A stretch of DNA of 64,000 bases from contig CAVZWW010000003.1 in NCBI GenBank assembly GCA_963779225.1, positions 1,010,034 to 1,074,033 on the forward strand, given 5' to 3'. The notes beneath the pieces were generated by a model that worked only from the letters and a program-made list of their open reading frames with translations, was not told where the DNA came from and did not search any database. The first letter of the stretch is position 1; every line of letters starts with the position of its first letter. This document shows, piece by piece, positions 9,008 to 18,554 of the stretch. The stretch is from an uncultured Bacteroidota bacterium. GTDB taxonomy: Bacteria; Bacteroidota; Ignavibacteria; UBA10030; UBA6906. A program made the translations under genes and the position numbers.

Positions 9008-10075
9008 CTACAGTTGCACGCCGAGTGAGAAATACTGCACGTTCTTCAACCTTCCGTAATCCGCAAACCCGTAGTCCAGTTTCAGCGTTGCCACGTTGGT
9101 GATGCCGTAGTGCACACCCAGGCCCCAGGTGAGGCCCTGTTCGGAGTCGCGCAACCATAGCGACTTGTAGCCGATCCGGCCGAACAGGATTTCATTCCAG
9201 GCTACTTCCACTCCGGAATTGACATATTCCGTATTGTCATTCGGGTGCGTGGCGTCGATTGCGATCGTGGCCCGGAAATCTTCAAGGTTCTGAACCACGT
9301 CCCACGCGATGCCTATCCGGAAGGTGAGGGGCATCGGGTACTCTCCGGTCTGAAGCTGGGAAGGGATGTTGTTCGGTCCTGTGCCGATATTATTGTCCGG
9401 GTCGTAGTTGAAGTTGATATCGCGGCCGTCCAGCCGCATCGTTGTCCCGAAGTTGGAGATGGATGCACCGATGTTCAGACCGGGGATTTCGGACATATAC
9501 AGGGTACCGACATCGATGGCGAATCCGCTGGCGCTTTCGCTCCAGACGCTCTCATGCACATACTTTGCGTTGAAGCCGATGGAGAAACGATCCGTCAGGT
9601 TCTTCGCATACGAGAGTCCCACGGCGAGCGAGGTGGCGTTCCATTTACGCCCGTCCCCCTCGGGATAGGCGACTGTCGTGACATTTTCCTCGGGGGTGCG
9701 CAGTGAGATAATGGAGAGGCCGAAGGTGCCGGCATCTCCGATGGGTAACACGCCCGCGGCGAAGTCGTAGTTGATGTCGGCCAGCCAGTTTGCGTGGTTG
9801 AATGTCAGCTCGCTGCTGATGTTCATACGCGAGAGTGCGGCGGGGTTCCAGTAGATGGAGGAGATGTCCCCGGTGACGCCGACCTGGGCGCCACCCATGC
9901 CGAGGGCTCGGGCACCGACGCCTATTTTCAGGAATTGCGCCGCGGTGGTGCCCACCTTCGCGGTGCTGCGAAACAGCTGGGCGTACACGGGGGTGATCGA
10001 GAGCATCACCAGCAGGAGCACAATGCCCTGTGCCCGCCTCGCGGTTGCCCGAACCGGATGTTGCGTGATTGTCAT
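9008..10075 (-). CDS. PorV/PorQ (UPF0164) family outer-membrane beta-barrel (module 2)
   Basis: GGAGG SD before ATG 10075; KVGTTAAQFLKIGVGARALGMGGA, YWNPAAL and HPNDNTEY; paralogous to 4820-5881. Confidence 0.85.
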   Translation of the reverse strand: MTITQHPVRATARRAQGIVLLLVMLSITPVYAQLFRSTAKVGTTAAQFLKIGVGARALGMGGAQVGVTGDISSIYWNPAALSRMNISSELTFNHANWLADINYDFAAGVLPIGDAGTFGLSIISLRTPEENVTTVAYPEGDGRKWNATSLAVGLSYAKNLTDRFSIGFNAKYVHESVWSESASGFAIDVGTLYMSEIPGLNIGASISNFGTTMRLDGRDINFNYDPDNNIGTGPNNIPSQLQTGEYPMPLTFRIGIAWDVVQNLEDFRATIAIDATHPNDNTEYVNSGVEVAWNEILFGRIGYKSLWLRDSEQGLTWGLGVHYGITNVATLKLDYGFADYGRLKNVQYFSLGVQL

Positions 10076-10119
10076 ACGACCTCCAGAGGGATCCGTCACG
10101 ATCTTCGTTAGTGTTTCTC

Positions 10120-13100
10120 TCATTTGATCAGCGCCAGCCTTCCGATCTTCTCTCCCACGCCGGGGACATCAACATGATAGATGTAGACGCCGTAGGCCAG
10201 GCGTTGTCCTTCATACGAGAGCAGCCGCCAATCGGCAAAGCTGTTGGTGTCGTCCTTGATGATGGTGTCCACCAGTTCTCCCACCATGGTGTAGATACGG
10301 ATCGTACACTGCGGCGGGAGGTTCCGGAACTGGAGCTTGTTTTCGCCGCGCCGCTGTGATGTCGGCCCGGGCGTTTCGACGCCGCTATAGACCACATAGG
10401 GATTCGGGACCACGGAAATCGCATCGAGCACCGATGTCGCCAGGGCAGGATCGAACTTTGACGCCGTGGTGCCGAACGTGTACCGGTCTCCTGCGGCGAA
10501 GGGTTTGCTGGACTTCACTTCGAATACATTCCCCTGTGTGGGAAGGATGAGCGGCACGCCGACCGGTGCGGTGTAGGTCACGGACACCATGACGGGAATG
10601 GGGTTTTGCGGTGCATATTTCGGCGGTGTCACAAAGACGAGTTCTCTGCCGGGACGCCACATGCTGTCCGAGGCCAGAGAAACCAGCACGCGGAATGCCG
10701 AGGTGTCGGTGACATTCACGATCTTAAACGGACAGACAACCACTTTGCGGGCGCTGTTGTTCAGGAGCGTGTCGCCCGGGAAGGCCCATTTGCCGTTGGC
10801 CAGCGTATCCGTCTTGTTCCACTGAATCTGGAAATCCAGCGGAGCGGGGCGGAAAGGAGCGGTTGGGAGTGCGATGGGCTTGTGCACGCGCGACAGCAGG
10901 TTGGTGTTGTTCACGTTGGACCAGCCGCTATTGAGCGAATCGATGCCGAGCGGCACATCCTGTACATAGAGCCGCACGCCGTCGAAGACCGGATTATCAT
11001 CTTCCCCGTTCAGGCGGTTGCTTGCGAAGACCGTGTAGTACTGATAGGTGATCGTGTAGACGGCATCCTTCACCAGGTTGCCCGGTGCGGCGCCGCGAAT
11101 GCGTCCACCCGGCACGTCGAGGCGGTATGACGCCGGCGGTACGGTGGCGCCCGCCGCGTCTTTCACGACGACACTCGACTCGATCTGGTTCTTGTGCGAC
11201 AGGGGCACGTAGATGGTGTCCCGTGAGGTGAATGTTTCGGTTGTGAGCTCCAACGACTGGACGTCGTAGACCACCTTGCTGTTCAATGTGCGGAAATCGA
11301 TGTTGTACTTTGCTCCGTCGATGACCTGGTAGTCGTTGAACACCTTGACACCCATGGAACCGGTGGAGATTCCGGTGACCCGCTGCGGTTTGAAGTTGTT
11401 GTCGACGATCGCCGTCCTCTGTCCCGAAGCGAGCGGTCCCGGGATGACCGAAACGGTGTTCTGGTCGAACTTGAGTTCACCGGTTACCGGGTCCTTCGTG
11501 ATGGCGATCTGGGATTCGGATGGTGGCAGAGCAACACCAAGGGTGTCGAAACCGTGGTCGTACGATGCAACGGCATAATAGTACGTCTTGCCGTTGATGG
11601 CTGAGGAATCGACGTATTCGTGCACCAAGCCGCTGTTTACGCCGAGGTTGTATTTCACGCCCCGCCCGAGGTATTCAACGGGGTGGAGTCCCGACCATGT
11701 GTTGACCAGGTCAAATTGCGCCCGTTGTCCGTTTTGCAGGAACGGGCTGGCCAGGAAGGCGGACCCGTTGGCGTCCGTGATCGTGTAGACATCGCTGAAG
11801 GTGTAGTCCTCGCTGCGATAGATCTTGTACCCTTCAAAATCCTCCGTCGCGGTCAACGGGTCGGTCGTGCTCTCGGCGAGATTGTCCCAGTAGAGCGTCA
11901 CCTTTCCGTCACCCGGGATGGCGACGACGTTCGGTTTGGGCGGCGGTTGGGCGAAGAGATAGTTCGCTTCAAGGACACGCTGTGCCGTTTCGGCGTTGAG
12001 GAGCAGGTCGGGGAGATTTTCCCCCATCAACAGGGCGATGGAGAACCGCTGTGTTGCGCTCGGCTCCAGGGCGAACGCACCCGAGCCGTAGAGGAAGGCA
12101 TTGTCCCCCGGTGTCCGGAAAAGGGTCTGATCGGTGGATATGCTATCCGAGGAGATCAGCTGCGTGAACAGCGGATCATTGATGGGAAAATTCGGCTGGG
12201 CTGCCGGGAGGGCCCAGAAACTTGTCAGTCCGATTTGATCCGATTCGTCGACGTCACGGATTCCGAAATGGGGTTCGGAAACGAGATTGTTGCCGAGATC
12301 ATAACCGATGTCGGGCTTCCCGTTCCCTTCACCAAGGTCACCGGTGCCGGGGAGTCCGTCGATGCCCACATCGTCCTTTGCCTGATTCCAATCGCCGTCT
12401 TCATCGCCGGACCAGCGCGGTTTCGGCTTGCCGAACAGCGCCGTGTATTTTGCCGTGTCGGTGATGCCTGTGGTCAGCGGGTAAGAGACGCCGTCGATGA
12501 AATAGCCCGCATCATTGAACGGACTCTCATCGGTGATGCCGTCGTCATCGTCGTCTTTGGTGTTGACGGAGTTGCTTGGCGATTCAAGGAACTTGAAACC
12601 GAAGTACCCGGGCTTCAGTCCGCCGTCACCGATCCCACCGTCATCCCACGCGTAAACCATACTGCGGGCGCGCTGGTCGAACGGATCGGCGAGGGGGCCC
12701 TTCGGCGGGATGAAGAAGGCGAGGTCATCGCCATAATCATTCGGCCCGCCGATGTGCGGGTCCCCGAACATGCCGAAGTAGACTTTGTCGAGGGTCTTCG
12801 GGCTGCGATTGGTGACCCGGTAGACAAGGAAAATGAGATCTTCCGCCAGCGGGTTATTGAACTGGAAGAACCGGACCTCGAGGTCGAGTCCCAGGCCCCC
12901 TTTCGAGGTGTCGTCCGGGAACGGCGAGTAGAGGTTTTTCCATTTATAGTTCGTGTAGTCGTCGCACACGAAGTAGACTTCCTCGTCAGGTGACGTGGCA
13001 TCGTTGCCCAGGAATGCCGGCCAGACGTATCGGCCCAGTGCCTGATTGTACCAGGATTCGGGCCAGCTGTGCGGTTTGCGGGTGAGATCGCCGCCCACAT

Positions 13101-13614
13101 CGGACCGGTGGCTCCAGGCCGCGATATCCGGCTGACCCGGGGCGGTGTAACCCGACTTCGGGAGCCAGCCATATTTCAGGGATCCGTCGGTAGCGTAGGC
13201 ACCCTGGCTGGGTGTATACATACCGTCATCAAGTATCCAGACGGAATCTCCCCGGGTGCTCAGCACGCGGGCGGCCACCAGGGGCGAGAATTCGTAGCCG
13301 TATCCCAGGCGGTTCCACACAAGGTCAGCCACATTGCCGAGTGTGTTGGGGCGGGTGATGTTGCCGTAATTATAGACGACGGTGGTGATCTTGTTGCCGC
13401 GGATGATGAGGCTCTTGATCTCCTTCATCTCGCCCGTGGTCTTGTTCAGGGAATTTGTCGACTGCCGGTCGAGGTAATCGACCAGGCGTTGCCATTCCTC
13501 CGGTGTCGCCTTCTTCGGGTCGAGCCGCAGCAGGTCGGTCTCCTGCGCGCGCGGTGCCGCGACGGGCAACAGAAAGGCTGCAAGCGCAAGGAGAGTGAGA
13601 AACATGGTTTTCAT
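10120..13614 (-). CDS. Large exported TBDR-partner protein (module 2), paralog of 1035-4706
   Basis: Signal MKTMFLTLLALAAFLLPVAAPRAQ; shared blocks GNKITTVVYNYG, WPESWYN..GRYVWP, GDPHIGG, GFKFLESP, DESDQIGLTSF, YYYAVASYDHG; C-terminus ISVVPNPY..FRNLPPQCTIRIYT..LALIK. Confidence 0.87.
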   Translation of the reverse strand: MKTMFLTLLALAAFLLPVAAPRAQETDLLRLDPKKATPEEWQRLVDYLDRQSTNSLNKTTGEMKEIKSLIIRGNKITTVVYNYGNITRPNTLGNVADLVWNRLGYGYEFSPLVAARVLSTRGDSVWILDDGMYTPSQGAYATDGSLKYGWLPKSGYTAPGQPDIAAWSHRSDVGGDLTRKPHSWPESWYNQALGRYVWPAFLGNDATSPDEEVYFVCDDYTNYKWKNLYSPFPDDTSKGGLGLDLEVRFFQFNNPLAEDLIFLVYRVTNRSPKTLDKVYFGMFGDPHIGGPNDYGDDLAFFIPPKGPLADPFDQRARSMVYAWDDGGIGDGGLKPGYFGFKFLESPSNSVNTKDDDDDGITDESPFNDAGYFIDGVSYPLTTGITDTAKYTALFGKPKPRWSGDEDGDWNQAKDDVGIDGLPGTGDLGEGNGKPDIGYDLGNNLVSEPHFGIRDVDESDQIGLTSFWALPAAQPNFPINDPLFTQLISSDSISTDQTLFRTPGDNAFLYGSGAFALEPSATQRFSIALLMGENLPDLLLNAETAQRVLEANYLFAQPPPKPNVVAIPGDGKVTLYWDNLAESTTDPLTATEDFEGYKIYRSEDYTFSDVYTITDANGSAFLASPFLQNGQRAQFDLVNTWSGLHPVEYLGRGVKYNLGVNSGLVHEYVDSSAINGKTYYYAVASYDHGFDTLGVALPPSESQIAITKDPVTGELKFDQNTVSVIPGPLASGQRTAIVDNNFKPQRVTGISTGSMGVKVFNDYQVIDGAKYNIDFRTLNSKVVYDVQSLELTTETFTSRDTIYVPLSHKNQIESSVVVKDAAGATVPPASYRLDVPGGRIRGAAPGNLVKDAVYTITYQYYTVFASNRLNGEDDNPVFDGVRLYVQDVPLGIDSLNSGWSNVNNTNLLSRVHKPIALPTAPFRPAPLDFQIQWNKTDTLANGKWAFPGDTLLNNSARKVVVCPFKIVNVTDTSAFRVLVSLASDSMWRPGRELVFVTPPKYAPQNPIPVMVSVTYTAPVGVPLILPTQGNVFEVKSSKPFAAGDRYTFGTTASKFDPALATSVLDAISVVPNPYVVYSGVETPGPTSQRRGENKLQFRNLPPQCTIRIYTMVGELVDTIIKDDTNSFADWRLLSYEGQRLAYGVYIYHVDVPGVGEKIGRLALIK

Positions 13615-13642
13615 ACACAATCCCATCGGTTGAGTGAAATGT

Positions 13643-16483
13643 TTAGAGTACGATCGAAGCCCCGATGCGGATGAGCCGCGGGGTGCTGATGTTGCCGGGG
13701 TTCGCGTAATAATTGTCCACGCCGCTGATCGGAATCATGCCGGGGTCGCCGCGCACAATCCGGTTACGCACATCGGCAAGGAGCTCCGGCCGCAGTGTCT
13801 GATCGATGTTGTACAGCGCGCGTCCCGAGTTTGCATAGACGTACAGCTCGTTTTCGGTGTCAAACAGGTTGTCCACCTGAATGAAGAGCGAGAAGTCAAA
13901 CGATCCGAACTTGAAATATTTCTCGATCTTCACATCCACATTCCACTGCACCGGCTGCTGATCGCTGTTCTGCGTGAAGCTGATCGGGACGACGTTCGAC
14001 GGGAATTCGGGGGTATACGGCGTTCCGGTGCGGAGGAACGCTATCACACTGACCGCCCAGTCGTTGGGCTGTGTGAGGGCGATGGAAGAGGTGAGCGTGT
14101 GGCTCCGGTCGAAATCGAGCGGCACCAGGTAGGTCTCGCTCAGCTGACCCTGCTGTTCGTTGTAGTAGATTTCATCCAGGGGGAGCGTACGGTTCCCTTC
14201 GGCAACCTGGAACGTGTAGTCCAGGGTGGCTGAGAGGAGATCATCCACCGAACGCCGCTTCAGGAGCGCTATGCTGATTCCCCGGGTATTGGCATAGGCG
14301 AGGTTCGTCAGGACATTGTACTGCTTGTCGCCGCGGGCGGTGATCACCCGTTGCGAATAGATGTAGTCGCTCACATCTTTGTAATAACCCGTAATTTCAA
14401 TCTTGAGGTCTTCCGTCAATCCCTGCTGGAGACCCAGCTCGTACTGGATGCTCTTCTGCGGGTTCACGTCCGGGTTGCCGAACGTGGGAGTTGTTCCCGA
14501 GGGTGCGCGGAAGTTCGGGTTCCTGTAGAGGCTGGCGAGCGATCCGATCTGGTAAAAGTGCCCGTAGGAGAACCGGATCGTTCCCTGGTCGGTGATCGGG
14601 TAGGAAACACTGATACGGGGGCTCACCATATGTTTCACCGACGCATCGGTGAGGCTGTCTGTCAGCAGAATTGAATCCTGTTGCGAGAGCTGCGTGCTGA
14701 GCGCGGGGTTATACTGGGCGGCGGGATCGAAGTATTCGTAGCGGAGCCCGAGGTTCAGGATGATCGACTTGAAGAGTTCGATCTTATCCTGAACATACGC
14801 CGCCAGCTGCAGCGGTTTGCGTTCATAGGCCACATAGCCGCCTTCCACCGTCGGGATGTACGGTTCGAAATGGTAGTCGCCCGAAAGCGCATTGCTGAAG
14901 CTGGGATCGGCACCCGGATTGTTGGGATCCTTGAATAACAGGGAATAGGACTCCACCGTCACGGTGTGTGCGCGGGCTTCGAGGCCGAACTTCACTTCAT
15001 GCGTGTTGAACATCTGGGCAACCAGATCGAACTTCCCCGACCATGTCACGGTCTTCCGGCTGAACCGGTCGGGATCCGTGCCTCCCGTCAGGTATCCCAC
15101 GTTGGGGATGCCCTGGAGGTAGAATGTTGGAAGATACCGCGGGTCCGAGGGGTTATCGTACGCCCAGCTGTGTCCCTTGTCGGTGACAAAGGATCCCTTG
15201 ACCGTATAGAACATCCGCTCGTTGAGCGAGTGGGTGAATTCCAGGGCATGCATATACCCTTCGCCGCGCGAGTACGCGATGCCGTCCGGCTTGTAACGGG
15301 AGACATAGGGGTCGACGTCCGGCGATTCATCGAAGTTGAGGAGGAATTCGTATTTCAGTTTCATCTCGGGGACAATCCGCCAGCTCAGGTTGCCCTGCAC
15401 GTTGTAGGACTTGCTCCAGTTGAGCGGGACGATGGCGCCGTCGCCTCCGGGCAGGCCGACCAGGTCGCTCGTATCGTGCACCAGCGGTCCGAAGTAGTAG
15501 GGATCCGACGCGGACCCGCGCCGCGGGTCGCCGGCAGGAAACCCCTCCCGCGAGAGATAGGAATCGGTCGGGAGATACAGGCGCTGACCGTACAGGTGGC
15601 CGCCGTTCCAGTTGTACACACCCGATGCGAAGAAGGTCAGGTTCTCGCCGAGCAACGGCCCGCTCACGGTGGCTTCCGTGCGGTTTACGTTGGATATCTT
15701 GAATTCGTCAATGTTCGGGAAGAGGTCCTTATGGCTGCTCACATGGTCGCCGGTGTAGTACTTCAGGCTTCCGGTCCATCTGGCGCCGCCGTCCTTCGTC
15801 ACGTAGTTGACAACCCCGCTCAGCGCACCGCCATATTCGGCGCTGAATGTGCCGCTGGAGACGGACACTTCACGCACGGCGTTTGTCGCCACGCCCACCG
15901 AACGTGTGTTCGCGTACGGATTGTTGACGTTCATGCCGTTCAACGTATACGCGATCTCGTTTCCCATGCCGCCCCGGATGTGGATGCTGCCATCGTCATC
16001 CACGGTGATGCCCGCCTGGAGGCCGATCACTTCGCTGATGTCCGTGACCGGAAGAGCTTCGATAACCTCGGAGGATATAGAGGCCACCGGGTTGGTCAGG
16101 TCCTGTCGGATCAGGGGAGAACGTTCCGCCTGAACTACCACCGCATCCAGCTCGATGCTTCCTTCGACCAGATCGATATCAAGCGGGGTGGTGAAATCGA
16201 CGGAAATGCTCAGGTCATTCGCTTCGAACCTGCGGTAGCCGATGAAGGAAGCGGCCACCTTGACCCGCCCGGGGGGGACGTTCAGAATGACATAACGTCC
16301 TTCAACATTCGATGACGCGCCAAGCGGAGTGCCCTGCACCACCACGTTGACGCCGGGGATAGGCTCCTTGGTGCGGGAGTCCCTGACCACGCCGGAGATC
16401 TTTCCGGTGCTGCCGGCCAGCAGCGCGGATGCGCAGACGCACAGGCAGAGGGCGACCGCCACAGCATGTGTAACGATGCGCAT
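13643..16483 (-). CDS. TonB-dependent receptor with N-terminal carboxypeptidase-regulatory-like domain (module 2; non-SusC type)
   Basis: Signal peptide; GSTGKISGVVRD..EPIPGVNVVV; plug IHIRGG..GTFSAEYGGALSGVVN; AAYVQDKIE; terminal PRLIRIGASIVL. Confidence 0.92.
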   Translation of the reverse strand: MRIVTHAVAVALCLCVCASALLAGSTGKISGVVRDSRTKEPIPGVNVVVQGTPLGASSNVEGRYVILNVPPGRVKVAASFIGYRRFEANDLSISVDFTTPLDIDLVEGSIELDAVVVQAERSPLIRQDLTNPVASISSEVIEALPVTDISEVIGLQAGITVDDDGSIHIRGGMGNEIAYTLNGMNVNNPYANTRSVGVATNAVREVSVSSGTFSAEYGGALSGVVNYVTKDGGARWTGSLKYYTGDHVSSHKDLFPNIDEFKISNVNRTEATVSGPLLGENLTFFASGVYNWNGGHLYGQRLYLPTDSYLSREGFPAGDPRRGSASDPYYFGPLVHDTSDLVGLPGGDGAIVPLNWSKSYNVQGNLSWRIVPEMKLKYEFLLNFDESPDVDPYVSRYKPDGIAYSRGEGYMHALEFTHSLNERMFYTVKGSFVTDKGHSWAYDNPSDPRYLPTFYLQGIPNVGYLTGGTDPDRFSRKTVTWSGKFDLVAQMFNTHEVKFGLEARAHTVTVESYSLLFKDPNNPGADPSFSNALSGDYHFEPYIPTVEGGYVAYERKPLQLAAYVQDKIELFKSIILNLGLRYEYFDPAAQYNPALSTQLSQQDSILLTDSLTDASVKHMVSPRISVSYPITDQGTIRFSYGHFYQIGSLASLYRNPNFRAPSGTTPTFGNPDVNPQKSIQYELGLQQGLTEDLKIEITGYYKDVSDYIYSQRVITARGDKQYNVLTNLAYANTRGISIALLKRRSVDDLLSATLDYTFQVAEGNRTLPLDEIYYNEQQGQLSETYLVPLDFDRSHTLTSSIALTQPNDWAVSVIAFLRTGTPYTPEFPSNVVPISFTQNSDQQPVQWNVDVKIEKYFKFGSFDFSLFIQVDNLFDTENELYVYANSGRALYNIDQTLRPELLADVRNRIVRGDPGMIPISGVDNYYANPGNISTPRLIRIGASIVL

Positions 16484-16604
16484 ATTGTACCTTTAGGATA
16501 ATGTGCAATGATTACGACCAGGGGAAACTCAGAAAGGGAACTTCTGGCATCTTCCCAACGAGTCCGTGGATACGGCGGGGGAACCTTGCTGCCGTCTTCA
16601 TAAA

Positions 16605-16633
16605 AATATAGAAAAACCGGCTGCCGTAGTCAA
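16605..16633 (-). promoter_or_regulatory. Candidate sigma70 promoter for module 2 (TTGACT-N17-TATATT)
   Basis: Minus strand: -35 TTGACT (16633-16628), 17-nt spacer, -10 TATATT (16610-16605), in the AT-rich divergent gap. Confidence 0.6.
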
Positions 16634-16791
16634 GCTGTGGCTTGATTATTTCCGTTAAGTTGTTAATTTCGTATACTGGTATTAGGGCAATTCTCACACC
16701 TGACAGGTCCGTCGGTTTGGACATGTTTCCGGGCCTGCTTTGCCCGGCACGCGATAATGATTCTATCACTCACAGACGTTCGGGAGGAGCA

Positions 16792-18276
16792 ATGAAACCA
16801 CTTGTACGGTTTTTTGTGCTGTGTCTGCTTGTCCTGGCTCTTGTTCCCGTTGCCCCCGCCCAGTGGAAGTGCCTCTATGCCACCTGGGATGACAGCGACA
16901 TTGGCAATGCCATCGGGACGAATGCCGCTGCGGTGGGGGTGATCAAGAACGACATGTTTATCGCCCTTGCCTCCTCCTGGTCGGGCGCCACCACCACGGA
17001 GTGTTTCATTCTTCCGTACGTTGATGCCGACTCCGCAAAGGGAAGGATGTACGGCTACGGCTACGGAAGTAATGCAACGGGGGTCTTCCAGACCTGGACC
17101 GACGGAGGGTTTGACCAGGTGAGCATGTTCGAAGTCTGGAAAATCAAGGCGACTCCCGACAGCCTCATCTACGTGGCCAACAACGATATGGACCACAATG
17201 TGCTTGTCTTTAAATACACTCAGGATACAATCACCGTGGTTCCGGATGCCGGCACGGGCGTGTATCCCCGGCAGCAGACCGGGGCGAACCGGATTCACGG
17301 CATCGACGTTGACGGGCTCGGATACGTGTATGTCTGCAACGATTCGAGCTTCGGGGTGACCGACGACATCAAGATCTACAAGCCCGTTAACCAATGGACG
17401 GCCTCGCACACCGATGCCCCGGTATCCACCGTCAATCTTCCAGACGGTGTGTACAGGGGGATTTCCGTCAGCCCGGACGGCACACTGCTGTTTGTCTCGG
17501 ACTACGGCAATCGCCGGGTTCTGAAATACCGGGGGTCGCCGACAACCGGCTACACGCCCGATGCGGGATTTTCGTTCACCATGTCACCCGCAGATACCAT
17601 TTCAAGCACCGTGCTGGCTGCGCCGCTGGGTCTCGCCTATCTCTCGCCGAACAATATCCTCGCCGTTGCATGCCACGCGCAGCTTGGCGGAACGGGGATA
17701 GCGTACCGGTATGGACGCATCTATATGCTCAATCCAAACAACGGCGCGTTCATCTCTCCCGATACACTAAAATATCAGATCGACGCGGCGAAGTGGAATT
17801 TTGATCTGACCGGTGGCTACCAGAACAGAACCGGCGGAACAATCCCGGGGAATGCATCCGGCTACACTTCACCCTATGACGTGAAGTGGGACGAAACAGG
17901 GAATCTCTACACCGTGTCGCACTACGGATGGACAGTCGACAAGTGGGCCTTCGATGGAACGTTGCCGACGATTACACTCACCGGCGTCGAAGAAATCGGT
18001 GGGACTCTCCCGAACGGCTATACGCTGGAGCAGAACTATCCAAACCCGTTTAACCCGACGACGAGCATCGAATTCGGCATGCCGCATGCCGGCGAGGTTT
18101 CCCTGAAAGTGTACTCGGTGCTGGGCCAGGAAGTTGCCACACTTGTTGATGGAGTACAGTCGGCCGGTGTGTACCGTGTCACGTTCGACGCGCGCGGGCT
18201 TGCGAGCGGAACCTACTTCTCCATTCTGCGGGCAGAGGGAACGACGATTGTTCAACGGATGATCCTGTTGCGCTAA
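16792..18276 (+). CDS. T9SS type-A cargo, NHL-like beta-propeller, function unknown (tandem paralog 1)
   Basis: GGAGG SD; signal peptide; HGIDVDGLGYVYV and RGISVSPDGTLLFVSDYGNRRVLKY blades; EQNYPNPFNPTT CTD. Confidence 0.85.
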   Translation: MKPLVRFFVLCLLVLALVPVAPAQWKCLYATWDDSDIGNAIGTNAAAVGVIKNDMFIALASSWSGATTTECFILPYVDADSAKGRMYGYGYGSNATGVFQTWTDGGFDQVSMFEVWKIKATPDSLIYVANNDMDHNVLVFKYTQDTITVVPDAGTGVYPRQQTGANRIHGIDVDGLGYVYVCNDSSFGVTDDIKIYKPVNQWTASHTDAPVSTVNLPDGVYRGISVSPDGTLLFVSDYGNRRVLKYRGSPTTGYTPDAGFSFTMSPADTISSTVLAAPLGLAYLSPNNILAVACHAQLGGTGIAYRYGRIYMLNPNNGAFISPDTLKYQIDAAKWNFDLTGGYQNRTGGTIPGNASGYTSPYDVKWDETGNLYTVSHYGWTVDKWAFDGTLPTITLTGVEEIGGTLPNGYTLEQNYPNPFNPTTSIEFGMPHAGEVSLKVYSVLGQEVATLVDGVQSAGVYRVTFDARGLASGTYFSILRAEGTTIVQRMILLR

Positions 18277-18554
18277 GCGAGAACCATCTGCATCTTTCAA
18301 CGAACGCCGGGGTCAGGTATACCGGGACAGTCCCGGTTGAGGCTGGATGCCGGTTGTTCTGTGGATCATTCGGTCGGAGGCAGACGAAGGTTCTCCCGGC
18401 AACCCTGTTCCACGACAGGAAGTCATCGATTCGCTCTCGGGTCGTGTCCCGCGAGAGAGGGAATACCCCCGTGTTCAGGGCAGAAGAGCGTTGTGGGGGA
18501 TCGTGTGTGTCAAACAGATGCTGTTGAATCACTCACCGATTTACAGGAGGAAAG

